This document shows, piece by piece, positions 1-12,273 of a stretch of 64,000 nt of DNA. The position numbers and the translations under genes are program-made. Position 1 is the first letter of the stretch, and the number at the start of each line of letters is the position of its first letter. Origin of the DNA: Amphiscolops sp. MND2022 (lineage: Eukaryota). Where the stretch lies: the NCBI GenBank assembly GCA_964187785.1, contig OZ076413.1, positions 43,464,001 through 43,528,000 on the forward strand, read 5' to 3'. Below the pieces are notes generated by a model. The model saw only the letters and a list, made by a program, of their open reading frames with translations, had not been told where the DNA came from and did not search any database.

Positions 1-3000
1 GGCAGAGTTACCAACAATCAGGTGCATAAAAAGCCCCATTCACAATAATTCATGTAATGAATGAGCACAAAAACGATGTTGCATGTTTCTCAAAGTCCAT
101 CAAAAAAAGCAGATCAGGACCTCGAAAATATCCCTGTTTATAGTCTCGGCTGTCCAACTGAAAAACCGTCAACAATGGCAGCGCTACCAACAAGCAGGTG
201 CATGAAAAGCCCCATTTACAATGATACATGAAATGAATGAGCTCAAAAACCATGTTGCATGTCGCTCAAAGTCCATCACAAAAAGCAGATCAGGACCTCA
301 AAAATATCCGTATTTATAGTCTTGGCTAGCCAACTGAAAAACATTTGACACTGGCAGGGCTACCAACGAGCAGGTGCATGAAAAGCCCCATTCACAATAT
401 TACATGTGATGAATGAGCACAAAAACCATGTTGCATGTCTTTCAAAGTCCATAAAAAAGCAGATCAGGACCTCGAAAATATCCGTGTTTGTAGTCTTGGC
501 TGGCCAACTGAAAAACAGTCGACACTGGCAGGGCTACCAACGAGCAGGTGCATGAAAAGCCCCATTCACAATATTACATGTGATGAATGAGCACAAAAAC
601 CATGTTGCATGTCTCAAAGTCCATCAAAAGAAGCAGATCAGGACCTCGAAAATATCCCTTTTTACAGTCTCGGCCGGCCAACTGAGAAGCAGTCGACACT
701 GGCAGGGCTACCATTGAGCAGGTGCACAAAAAGCCCCATTCACAATATTGCAAAAATTGGATGAGGTCAAAAACCATGTTGAAAGTCTCTGGAAGTCCAT
801 CAAAAAAGCCGACCAGGACCTCCAAAATATTCGTTTTTATGATCTTGGCTGGCCAACTGAAAAACAGTCGACACTGGCAGGGCTACCAACAAGCAGGTGC
901 ATAAAAAGCCCCATTCACAATATTACATGTGATGAATGAGCACAAAAATCATGTTGCATGTCTCTCAAAGTCCATCAAAAGAAGCAGATCAGGATCTCGA
1001 AAATATCCATTTTTACAGTCTCGGCCGGCCAACTGAGAAACAGTTGACACTGGCAGGGCTACCAACGAGCAGGTGCATAAAAAGCCCCATTCACAAAAAT
1101 ACATGAAATGAATGAGCACAAAAACCATGTTGCATGTCTCTCAAATTCCATCAAAAAAAGCAGATCAGGATCTCGAAAATATCCGTTTTTATAGTCTCGG
1201 CTGGCCAACTGAAAAACAGTTGACACTGGCAGGGCTACCAACAAGCAGTTGCATAAAAAGCTCCATTCACAATAATACATGTAATGAATGAGCACAAAAA
1301 CTATGTTGGAAGTCTCACAAAGTCCATCAAAAAAAGCAGATCAGGATCTCGAAAATATCCGTTTTTATAGTCTCGGCTGGCCAACTGAAAAACAGTTGAC
1401 ACTGGCAGGGCTACCAACAAGCAGGTGCATAAAAAGCTCCATTCACAATAATACATGTAATGAATGAGCACAAAAACTATGTTGGAAGTCTCACAAAGTC
1501 CATCAAAAAAAGCAGATCAGGACCTCGAAAATATCCGTTTTTACAGTCTTGGCTGGCCAACTGAAAAACAGTCGACACTGGCAGGGCTACCAACGAGCAG
1601 GTGCACAAAAAGCCCCATTCACAATATTGCAAAAATTGAATGAGGTCAAAAACCATGTTGAAAGTCTCTGGAAGTCCATCAAAAAAGCCGACCAGGACCT
1701 CCAAAATATTCGTTTTTATGATCTTGGCTGGCCAACTGAAAAACAGTCGACACTGGCAGAGATACCAACAATCAGGTGCATAAAAAACCCCATTCACAGT
1801 AATATATGAAATGAATGGGAACAAAAACCATGTTGCATGTTTCTCAAAGTCCATCAAAGAAAGCAGATCAGGACCTCGAAAATGTCCGTTTTTGTAGTCT
1901 CGGCTGGCCAACTGAAAAACAGTCGACACTGGCAGGGCTAGCAACGAGCAGGTGCATCAAAAGCCCTATTCACAGTAATATATGAAATGAATGGGAACAA
2001 AAACCATGTTGCATGTCTCTCAAAAGCCATAAAAAAAGCAGATCAAGACCTCGAAAATATCCGTTTTTATAGTCTCGGCTGGCCAACTGAAAAACAGTCG
2101 ACACTGGCAGAGTTACCAACGAGCAGGTGCATAAAAAGCCCCATTCGCAGTAATACATGGCATGAATGAGCACGAAAACCATGTTGCATGTCTCTCAGAG
2201 TCCATCAAAAAAAGCAGATCAGGACCTCGAATATGTCCGTTTTATAGTCTCAGCTGTCTAACTGAAAAACCGTCAACACTGGCAGGGCTACCAACGAGCA
2301 GGTGCATAAAAAGCCCCATTCACAATGATACATGAAATGAATGAGCACAAAAACCATGTTGCATGTCTCTCAAAGTCCATCACAAAAAGACGATCAGGAC
2401 CTCGAAAATATCCGTTTTTATAGTCTTGGCTGGCCAATTGAAAAACAGTCGACACTGGCAGGGCTACCAACGAGCAGGTGCACAAAAAGCCCCATTCACA
2501 ATATTGCAAAAAATGAATGAGGTCAAAAACCATGTTGAATGTCTCTGGAAGTCCATCAAAAAAGCCGACCAGGACCTCCAAAATATTCGTTTTAATGATC
2601 TTGGCTGGCCAACTGAAAAACAGTCGACACTGGCAGAGTTACCAACAATCAGGTGCATAAAAAGCCCCATTCACAATAATACATGAAATGAATGAGCACA
2701 AAAACGATGTTGCATGTTTCTCAAAGTCCATCAAAAAAAGCAGATCAGGACCTCGAAAATATCCGTTTTTATAGTCTTGGCTGGCCAATTGAAAAACAGT
2801 CGACGCTGGCAGGGCTACCAACGAGCAGGTGCGCAAAAAGCCCCATTCACAATATTGCAAAAAATGAATGAGGTCAAAAACCATGTTGAATGTCTCTGGA
2901 AGTCCATCAAAAAAGCCGACCAGGACCTCCAAAATATTCGTTTTTATGATCTTGGCTGGCCAACTGAAAAACAGTCGACACTGGCAGAGTTACCAACAAT

Positions 3001-4470
3001 CAGGTGCATAAAAAGCCCAATTTACACTAATACATGAAATGAATGAGCACAAAAACGATATTGCATGTTTCTCAAAGTCCATTAAAAACAGCAGACCAGG
3101 ACCTCGAAAATATCCGTTTTAATAGTCTCGGCTGGCCAACTGAAAAACAGTCGACACTGGCAGGGCTACCAACGAGGAGGTGTATCAAAAACCCCATTCA
3201 CAGTATTATATGAAATGAATGGGAACAAAAACCAAGTTGCATGTCTCTCAAAACCCATAAAAAAAGCAGATCAGAACCTCGAAAAAATCCGTTTTTATAG
3301 TCTCGGCTGGCCAACTGAAAAACAGTCGACACTGGCAGAGTTACCAACGAGCAGGTGCATAAAAAGCCCCATTCGCAGTAATACATGAAATGAATGAGCA
3401 CGAAAACCATGTTGCATGTCTCTCAAAGTCCATTCAAAAAAAGCAGATCAGGACCTCAAAAATATCCGTTTTTATAGTCTTGGCTGGCCAATTGAAAAAC
3501 AGTCGACACTGGCAGGGCTACCAACGAGCAGGTGCACAAAAAGCCCCATTCACAATATTGCAAAAAATGAATGAGGTCAAAAACCATGTTGAATGTCTCT
3601 GGAAGTCCATCAAAAAAGCCGACCAGGACCTCCAAAATATTCGTTTTTATAATCTTGGCTGGCCAACTGAAAAACAATCGTCACTGGCAGAGTTACCAAC
3701 AATCAGGTGCATAAAAAGCCCAATTCACAATAATACATGAAATGAATGAGCACAAAAACAATGTTGCATGTTTCTCAAAGTCCATTAAAAACAGCAGACC
3801 AGGACCTCGAAAATATCCGTTTTTATAGTCTCGGCTGGCCAACTGAAAAACAGTCGACACTGGCAGGGCTATCAACGAGGAGGTGCATCAAAAATCCCAT
3901 TCACAGTAGTATATGAAATGAATGGGAACAAAAACCATGTTGCATGTCTCTCAAAACCCATAAAAAAAGCAGATCAGGACCTCGAAAATATCCGTTTTTA
4001 TAGTCTCGGCTGGCCAACTGAAAAACAGTCGACACTGGCAGAGTTACCAACGAGCAGGTGCATAAAAAGCCCCATTCGCAGTAATACAAGAAATGAATGA
4101 GCACGAAAACCATGTTGCATGTCTCTCAAAGTCCATCAAAAAAAGCAGATCAGGACCTCGAATATGTCCGTTTTATAGTCTCGGCTGTCTAACTGAAAAA
4201 CCGTCAACACTGGCAGGGCTACCAACGAGCAGGTGCATAAAAAGCCCCATTCACAATGATACATGAAATGAATGAGCACAAAAACCATGTTGCATGTCTC
4301 TCAAAGTCCATCACAAAAAGCAGATCAGGACCTCAAAAATATCCGTATTTTTAGTCTTGCCTAGCCAACTGAAAAACAGTTGACACTGGCAGGGCTACCA
4401 ATGAGCAGGTGCAAAAAAAGCACCTTTCACATTAATACATGAAATGAACAAGCACAAAAACCATGTTGTT
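1..4470. repeat. ~176-bp tandem satellite array (copy 1, runs off left edge)
   Basis: Monomer landmark GGCAG..TACCAAC recurs at 1, 177, 353...; A-tracts; monomer variants give 351-bp and 703-bp periodicities. Confidence 0.97.
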
Positions 4471-5769
4471 TTAGGAAATATTGTAGCGGTTCTTCAAAGT
4501 TTCTTTGACGTAGTTCGCCATTGACCGCTCTTCCTTGTCCGATGGTGTTCCAAAGACATACAGAGGCGTGAAATTGTACTTCTTTTCGAAATGCTTCTTC
4601 ATGTGATCGAAAAGATCAAAAAGGTCCTCGTGTACTCGAATTGCCACAGCAGTGGTTTTTCCAGTTTTGTGCTTGTTTGTTCTTACTTCTTTTTGGCCTT
4701 CGCTTTTGATAGACTGATACTCTTCCCATGTGAAACGGTTCAATGGTCCAGGGCGGCAATTCATCCTTACACTCTGAATGAAATATACTAAGGCCTTCTC
4801 TTCGACAAACTTCAAAGTATCTTCTTTTAAGTTTTGCTGTAGGTCTTCTTTAATTTTCGACATAGCAATCTGGATGTCCTGCTGTTCAGGAACCAGCTGC
4901 TGTAACTTTTCCTGCGTTTGTCTTTTCTCATTGCAGGCTGGCTCTTCAAAATCTTTATTTACACTGCTGATGACAAAGATCCATTTAGGGAGATCAACCG
5001 ATTCGTCTTTGAACGTACAGTACCAATTGAGGAACTTCGTGAAACTATATAAATATATTTGCGTTGTCTGAAATCCACAAGACACGGTTTTACGCCACTC
5101 ATCTACGATCTTTCCGAAGGACCCTAGGGTGTTTTTGTGAAATTTTCGAGTGCTATGGAACCAAATTGCCATCGTTTTAGCCAGTGTACTATCGGGTAAA
5201 CAGGTGAATTGTCGTCGGCCCCGTCGTTTTTCATCTGTTGTTATTTTTTCGCACCACTCATTGATTGCTAAAATGTGCTCTTCTTCATACCCTCTCTTGT
5301 TACTTAACATGTTTTTAACCCAATCGGGGAACTCGTTTGCGTCCGCGGGGTTTTTTACTCTTTCAATGTTTTTTCCCTCACGTTTTACATAATTTCCCTG
5401 GGATCTTGAAGTCTGCACTGCTCTTTTGTGAGAGGGGATGCTGCCGAATCGTCTTTGGCAATCCATGCAGTAGTACACTCTCTTCCCTTTGACTACTTGG
5501 GCTCCGCGAGATTTATAGAAATCATTCAAGAACAATCTCAGAGACTCTGGCTTGTCTAAGTGAACTTTGTTTAAATGTCTATCAATTCTTTCGTGAATAA
5601 CCGCATCACATACTAAACATTCGTTCACCGTTAATTTTTTCATTCTCGAGTTAGTTTTTGCAGGTTTGTCTTCATTCCCATTGTGGTCATCATCATCATC
5701 TGTTGTTCCATCATCTGTTTCGTCTGAATCTGTTGTTCCAATTTCTATAGGAAACACGGGATCATTTAG

Positions 5770-5960
5770 TCTCTGATTTGGGCTCTCATTTGGGATCTCA
5801 TTTGTTCTCACATTTGGGCTCTGATTTGGGCTCATATTTAGGTTCACATTTGGGCTCTCATTTGTTCTCACATTTGGGCTCTGATTTGGGCTCATATTTA
5901 GGTTCACATTTGGGCTCTCATTTGTTCTCACCTTTGGGCTCTGATTCGGGCTCAAATTTG
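5770..5960. repeat. Coding 60-bp minisatellite (SPNQSPNVRTNESPNVNLNM)
   Basis: About three 60-bp units built from 12-bp TTTGGGCTC subunits; 72 bp longer in copy 2. Confidence 0.9.
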
Positions 5961-6450
5961 GGATCATGTTGTAATCAATTGCGGTTTTTGTGGCTGCGAA
6001 ACAAATTAATATCGATCCAACTAGTTTTATCCCAATTAAGTTTCCAATGAAACAGTTCACCTAATTTAAAAAATTATTTAATCTCATTTGAATGTTGACA
6101 AATCCTTTGAAAACATTGTTCAATTCACTTCCGGCTTTATTTTTGAGTTTTTTTTACATTTTGACTCTTTTTTGACAATTTTACGAAATTGTAGGAGGAG
6201 GAAAAAAGCCCATCTGGAACTATATATACAAAAGAAAACAAAAAGTACCTGAACTGATTTGAGCCTTGCTTTGATTGGGAGCCAGATTCACAACAGGATC
6301 GATGGTACAATTTGTTTTATTGGGTTTGATTGGAACATTTGTTGCCGGTTCCATTGGTGATTTTGTGCCTGCGAAACAAAATTTTATATGAAAACGGAAT
6401 GCTGACAAACAATAATATAATTAAAAGTAATTAGAAATTGAACGTTTCAA

Positions 6451-6522
6451 GAAGCTTTAGCACAGTCGGTAGAGCATGGGCTTCGGAATCATGAGATGAC
6501 CAGTTCGATTCCCCGACATGTA
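6451..6522 (+). ncRNA. tRNA-like (Arg-TCG-derived) Pol III element / pseudo-tRNA in intron 1 of the recombinase gene
   Basis: A box TAGCACAGTCGGTAGAGC, loop CTTCGGA, B box AGTTCGATTCC at tRNA spacing; acceptor stem does not pair. Confidence 0.55.
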
Positions 6523-8176
6523 AAATATTTCATATTTTGAAAATATTTCTTCGATTGCGATAAAATAGAATCTACCGATCGTCTTAAAACAGGAGTAGAT
6601 AATACTTGATCATTTTTCTAAGCGTATAGTTTTTGATTTGAAAATTACGAAAAAAAAAACAAACTACCTGAATTGTTTCCATTGGTTGCCCGTTCAATTG
6701 GTTGACTCTCCAAGACTTTTCTCTTGGCTGATCTTCTGGCTCGCCTCAAGGATCGAACGGACTCCATTGTAGCAAGAGAATTTGCGGAAATTTTGCAAAG
6801 GAAGGTTGTATTTGTAGCCAAATTTGATATATTTGAATTGAATGAACAGAATATGAGCAGAAAGCGTTTGTAGCGAAACTTGATATACTCAAACAGTATG
6901 AACAGAAATTGTGCAGAATATGAACAGAAAAGAGAAGGTAATGAATGAACGCAAATCAGGTGTGTAAATGAACGCAAATTAGGTGAGAACTTCATAGAAA
7001 CGATTTGATCAACCAACAAGTATGAATTAACAGGTGTGAAACAGGTATGAGAGTTTAAATTGGACGCAAAAAAGATTATACTACTTTCCTTTGTAGTTTT
7101 TGTATAAGGTTACGATTTTGAAGTATAACCCCGCGTTGTAGTGAATTAGAAAAAATGTTTTCTCGACATAAATATCTAGCTGAGTTTGTTGAAGACATTG
7201 AAAAAGGAGAACCAATATTTCAGAATTGGGTAAAATTAAACTGAACATCCAATCATCAATTCATCTGGTGTAAATTTCTCAGATACATGATGCGCTTATG
7301 CAAAGCGTGGATGACACCCAGTTCTATTCCCAACCCCATCCCCCCAGAGTGCGGCGAATTTAACAAAATTTCGGAAAATATTCAGAAATTAGTAAATACT
7401 TGTTATATTTGAAAGAACCTCGAAAAAGTTATTAAAACAAAATTAGCAGGTTGGGGGGGGGGCAATTAGCAGGTTGTACTTTACAAGGGGGCACCTGTAT
7501 TTCTGATTGAAATTTGCGAATGTTTTAAAGTTAAAAGCTGCTAATTCGATAACATATTACTTATTATTGCGCTTTCTAATTGGCCGAGGATTCAACCAAT
7601 TAGAGATCTGAATCAAAGGTGGCATGAAGTCATTCCATACATATTGTTTGGTGTAATTCCTAATTCCCCCATGAGGTAAAATAAAATTAGATAGTATTAT
7701 TATATAATAACTAATGTTATAATAATAATAATAATTATATAATAACTAAGAGCATGATGTTATAATGGTACATGATGTCATTTTAATTATTGGGATTTAA
7801 TAAATAAGCAAAAATAATTTTTAATTGAGAAATGATACACAAGGTTCAAATACAAATCATGTCAACATCGTTTGTGTCAATGGGACCCTTCAGAGGCCAC
7901 GTTCTCGACGTGGGTCTTGTTATGGGCGACACTATGTGATCCCCTAACTGAGAGCCTCTTTAAAATTACATTATAATGGGTGTCAGTGTTTCAATGTTGT
8001 GATTTTTGATCACAACTTTCACTTTAGCCCGACATTTTTTCAACTTGCAATTCTTTAACAACATTTTCTTGTGTGCAAACTGGCTTCGTTTTCATCTCAC
8101 AGAGTTGGTGCAATTTGGCCTCGACCTTTTGAACTCGACGGCGAGTCGCTAAATATGAGGTCACGAAAGTCAATTT

Positions 8177-9100
<924 letters not shown>

Positions 9101-9105
9101 TACTA

Positions 9106-9372
9106 CTAACTTAAAAAGTATTGAATAACATGCTCGATAATAACATCTAGCAACAAGAGCCCCTTTTGGGAAGTGAAAATGGCCCGCTGTTCCGCAAGAG
9201 TTGCTTTGGTCGAAATGATTCGCACAATTTGTGGCTTGAACTTTTCAATGTCTTTCCGCCTGATTCCGGGCACTACACCTTGCAAAATGTTTACAACTGA
9301 TTCGGCCAGAAACCGGTCGGCCAGTGAAAGACTCTTGAAATGCTGCAGCGTAATAACTTGTTGTGTAGTCAT
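9106..9372 (-). CDS. Small basic Polinton/adintovirus protein (gasderminX-like)
   Basis: ESVVNILQGVVP...EQRAIFTSQKGLLLL pattern; lies directly after the ATPase. Confidence 0.55.
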   Translation of the reverse strand: MTTQQVITLQHFKSLSLADRFLAESVVNILQGVVPGIRRKDIEKFKPQIVRIISTKATLAEQRAIFTSQKGLLLLDVIIEHVIQYFLS

Positions 9373-9959
9373 CGTCAATCTCTGTAATGCGGGCCTTTTC
9401 ACTGGGTATATAGAAAACTGTTGGCTCCAAATTTGTACAAAATCGTAAAAGATCCAATGTTTTGGGTGACAGATCAATCATGAGAAATCCAAAAGGTTTG
9501 GATGTGGCATCCTTATAGCATAGAGGTAAAAATTTTTGCTTGCCCAACTGTTGCCCAAGTCGTTCAATTTGATTAATGTCACGGGGAGATTGAAAAAGCA
9601 CAATATGAGTCAACTGCAACTCTACGTCTCTTCCAATGGGTGATTTATGAAATAAATTATGCTTATTATACAAAACATGCAAGCCCAAGTGTCTACCAGC
9701 GGTAGCAATCCGAGTGAAATCTTTAGATTTTAAAAGTTCCTCTGAAAAGTCATCAAAAATTAGCAAGCGTTTTTTTCCGTCATGTGTAAATGATTGATTG
9801 ATCAAATCAAAGTCTAGTCCTTGTATGAAATACAGATTGGTACCTTGGTTGAAACACTGGCAAGGTTAAAAGTTTTTACAAAAGAGTAGTCTTTCCAGAG
9901 CCGGATGGACCAACAAGAGACATAAACACATGGTTGTCAGTGGGAATGACCTTGTTCAT
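9245..9959 (-). pseudogene. A32/FtsK-HerA-like DNA packaging ATPase, disrupted
   Basis: ATG at 9959; Walker A GPSGSGKT followed by in-frame TAA and a frameshift; Walker B LLIFDD; AGRH, HNLF, THIVLF motifs. Confidence 0.88.
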
Positions 9960-10219
9960 TTCAGTGTCGGATTGGGTAGAATAGATCCCAGTGCACTGGC
10001 CAGCAAGGCAATCCAAACCGGCTAGTCTTTATCGTTTGAATATGATACAGAAAGTTTGAAAATACAAAATGAGATAACCATAAGAATGACAAGTAATTGA
10101 CTGAAAAAGACAATTTCGGACCGTGCAATAGGCTTGCCGCAAAGTGTCCAAGTCTTGCGTTCTTGGTTATTGTCATCAAAAACGAATTCTTGCACTGCAA
10201 GGTCCGGCTGATCAGTCAT
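9956..10219 (-). pseudogene. Small two-TM membrane protein of the Polinton
   Basis: Hydrophobic FFSQLLVILMVISFCIF and VWIALLASALGSILP; TAG at 10022 is AAG in copy 2; stop overlaps ATPase ATG (ATGA). Confidence 0.6.
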
Positions 10220-10248
10220 GCTGCAAATTTAACAAATGATGATGATAA

Positions 10249-10860
10249 TTACATGAGTATGAGTGCTGCATCGTTGCGCAGCGGGGAAGTCTTTCGCGCC
10301 ATTTCCGCAGCAGCAGGATCTTCTTTAATTTTATTGGCTAACCACTTGAGATAAAGCCTACTATTGATGGCCGCACATTTTTCATAATGATTGCGATATT
10401 TGGGAAAATTGGGACACAACGGCCTGTTCTCCTTGTCGTCGTCGTCGTCGTCGTTGTCGTCGTTGTTCTCCTTATTATTTATCAAATGTTGGATTGCAGA
10501 GGCGTCAGGGCAGCCCATATCTTCCAAATTGTGAATTTTGAAATGGAAAAAACGAGAGAAAAAGTCACACTTTTGCACTCTTTTTGCATACTTCATGACT
10601 CCTGGTGGAATGAGGGTGTATACAGCGTTCCTCAGTTCCTTATAGTCAATAGCGCCTTCATCCCACGGAACATTGAGAGTGTTGTTGTTGTTGTATTCCA
10701 GTTGTTCTTCACGGGTTAGATCTTTCCATGGCCTGGGAGGTTTGAATGATAAAGATACAGAGTGATACGGTGTGGTTACACTAATTTCTTTAACTACGTC
10801 AACTTCTAAAAACTCACCATCCAAAACAAACGTAATAATGTAGTTGAAATCAGCCATCAT
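10249..10860 (-). CDS. Polinton accessory protein, possible DEDD/RNase H-like fold with C-terminal Cys/His cluster
   Basis: VLDGEF..VVKEIS, W.EG..DY, NLEDMGCP, CP..H..CA motifs; open in both copies. Confidence 0.5.
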   Translation of the reverse strand: MMADFNYIITFVLDGEFLEVDVVKEISVTTPYHSVSLSFKPPRPWKDLTREEQLEYNNNNTLNVPWDEGAIDYKELRNAVYTLIPPGVMKYAKRVQKCDFFSRFFHFKIHNLEDMGCPDASAIQHLINNKENNDDNDDDDDDKENRPLCPNFPKYRNHYEKCAAINSRLYLKWLANKIKEDPAAAEMARKTSPLRNDAALILM

Positions 10861-11085
10861 GCTAGCAAGCAACTAAATTCTGTAAGAGTAAGAGAGGTAA
10901 TGAAGCAGTCAAAAAATTTGTTAATGGTTATTGCTACTGACGCTGCTGCTGCTGATTTCTGGGTTAGTCAATGTTGCGATTGGACGAAATAAGCAAGTCT
11001 CTGTGGTTGGACTTCTTTCTTTAGGTATTCCATTTGGGTAGCTCTGAATCTCTTTGACAACACTCAATAAATGAGATAGCTCCAT

Positions 11086-11553
11086 TCAAGAAATGTCTAT
11101 TGTTTGTTGCATTTTCCAGCGCTTTTGATGTTGAATAAACAGTTTTAAGTACAAGTAGGTAGCTTGAGGATAACGCTTGGAAGCTACTCTGACGACTCTC
11201 GATTTGTTTGAGATAAAGTCTTGAACATCAAAGATGAAGTCAAAATAGTCCATATCATTCTTGTGGTAGGGCATGCGAATGTCTAGTGAAAAGTCGAAGA
11301 CATTGACAACGTTGGTGTAAACGTCGTCCCAAGGAATTTTGGTTAATTCTTGAAACTTGAGAGTCAAATACTTTTGTGGTGTGTATTCCTTGGTCTCTTC
11401 ATCAAACTTGAATAGTTGAATACTTGTATAGCTTTCTGAAGAAGACGGATAGGTTTTAACGGTAATTAAAAGGTAGCGTTTTGTACTAACTTCAAATTTG
11501 AAACATTTTAACACTTTACAATCAACAGGGTTGATGACAGCAGTTGATGACAT
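11086..11553 (-). CDS. Tandem PC4-like ssDNA-binding domain protein (putative)
   Basis: Two similar beta-rich repeats (KRYLLITVKTY..SIQLFKF / SRVVRVASKRY..YLKLFIQ); identical in copy 2. Confidence 0.4.
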   Translation of the reverse strand: MSSTAVINPVDCKVLKCFKFEVSTKRYLLITVKTYPSSSESYTSIQLFKFDEETKEYTPQKYLTLKFQELTKIPWDDVYTNVVNVFDFSLDIRMPYHKNDMDYFDFIFDVQDFISNKSRVVRVASKRYPQATYLYLKLFIQHQKRWKMQQTIDIS

Positions 11554-11666
11554 GATGAAAATTTTTTATTTTGTCAAAATTTTTTGAATCAGCAAATAAC
11601 AACTGAACTGTAGGTAGTGAACAAAAGTAATGATTTGATATTGCAAGGTAAGCTTGCAAAGGAAAA

Positions 11667-12269
11667 TTACTCGGTTATTGTGCTGATGTCATTTGTGGTG
11701 GTTGTGGAAATTTCAGATGAAGAATGTTGTTGCAAAATTTCCAATAGACGAGTCGCGACAACAATCTGCATTTGAACAATATTCATCAGCGACGCTATAG
11801 TGTGTTGTGGCCCTCTGTTGGTTGTTGCTGGTGAGTGTCGTCTCCTTTTTTTCCGACCAATCCGTCTCCAAAGTAGACTCGTGACACTTTCTTTGCTTCG
11901 ATGTATACGATTGTGTTTAGTAGCCAATAACAAAGGTTCCATCAGGAAGTTTCCATGGATACAAACAACTTTTTCCGAAAGAATAATAAAGAATTTGAAA
12001 TAACTGTAGGGACAATTTACAATTTCAAAATCATAATTCAAATGCATCAACTTATTTTGTATATTGTCAAAACCATAAAGCATGATGTGATATTTGCACT
12101 GCTTATTTTTGTTACAAAACTTGTTTGTCTGATGTTTACCCACAGCAAATTCAGGAGTTACCAGAAAACTTTGAAAATTGTTTGAATTTGTAGTAACAAA
12201 CAGACACTTGTTTAGATTGATTTTCTCCCGAAAGAACGACGGCAAGTGCTGCTGCTGCTCTTTATTCAT
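11667..12269 (-). CDS. Hypothetical 200-aa ORF head-to-head with pPolB
   Basis: ATG-initiated, open in both copies, no recognised motif. Confidence 0.3.
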   Translation of the reverse strand: MNKEQQQHLPSFFREKINLNKCLFVTTNSNNFQSFLVTPEFAVGKHQTNKFCNKNKQCKYHIMLYGFDNIQNKLMHLNYDFEIVNCPYSYFKFFIILSEKVVCIHGNFLMEPLLLATKHNRIHRSKESVTSLLWRRIGRKKRRRHSPATTNRGPQHTIASLMNIVQMQIVVATRLLEILQQHSSSEISTTTTNDISTITE

Positions 12270-12273
12270 AACG

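Larger units (their letters stand above)
4471..6767 (-). pseudogene. Spliced tyrosine-recombinase-like gene, 3' truncated by satellite; exons 6767-6668, 6368-6249, 5993-4471
   Basis: GT..AG introns join three exons in frame (phase 1). Motifs NCRPGPLNRFTWEEY (catalytic Arg box) and NKHKTG (Lys); CxxC..H..H zinc motif; C-terminal HxxR/Y region absent, ORF stops at the satellite junction. Confidence 0.7.

Noticed and set aside
1..4470. Many short ORFs in the satellite; CRISPR-like look
   Set aside because: ORFs recur with monomer period; contiguous repeats without unique spacers; no cas genes; eukaryotic context
6451..6522. Functional tRNA-Arg gene
   Set aside because: Acceptor and T stems do not pair properly; kept only as tRNA-like
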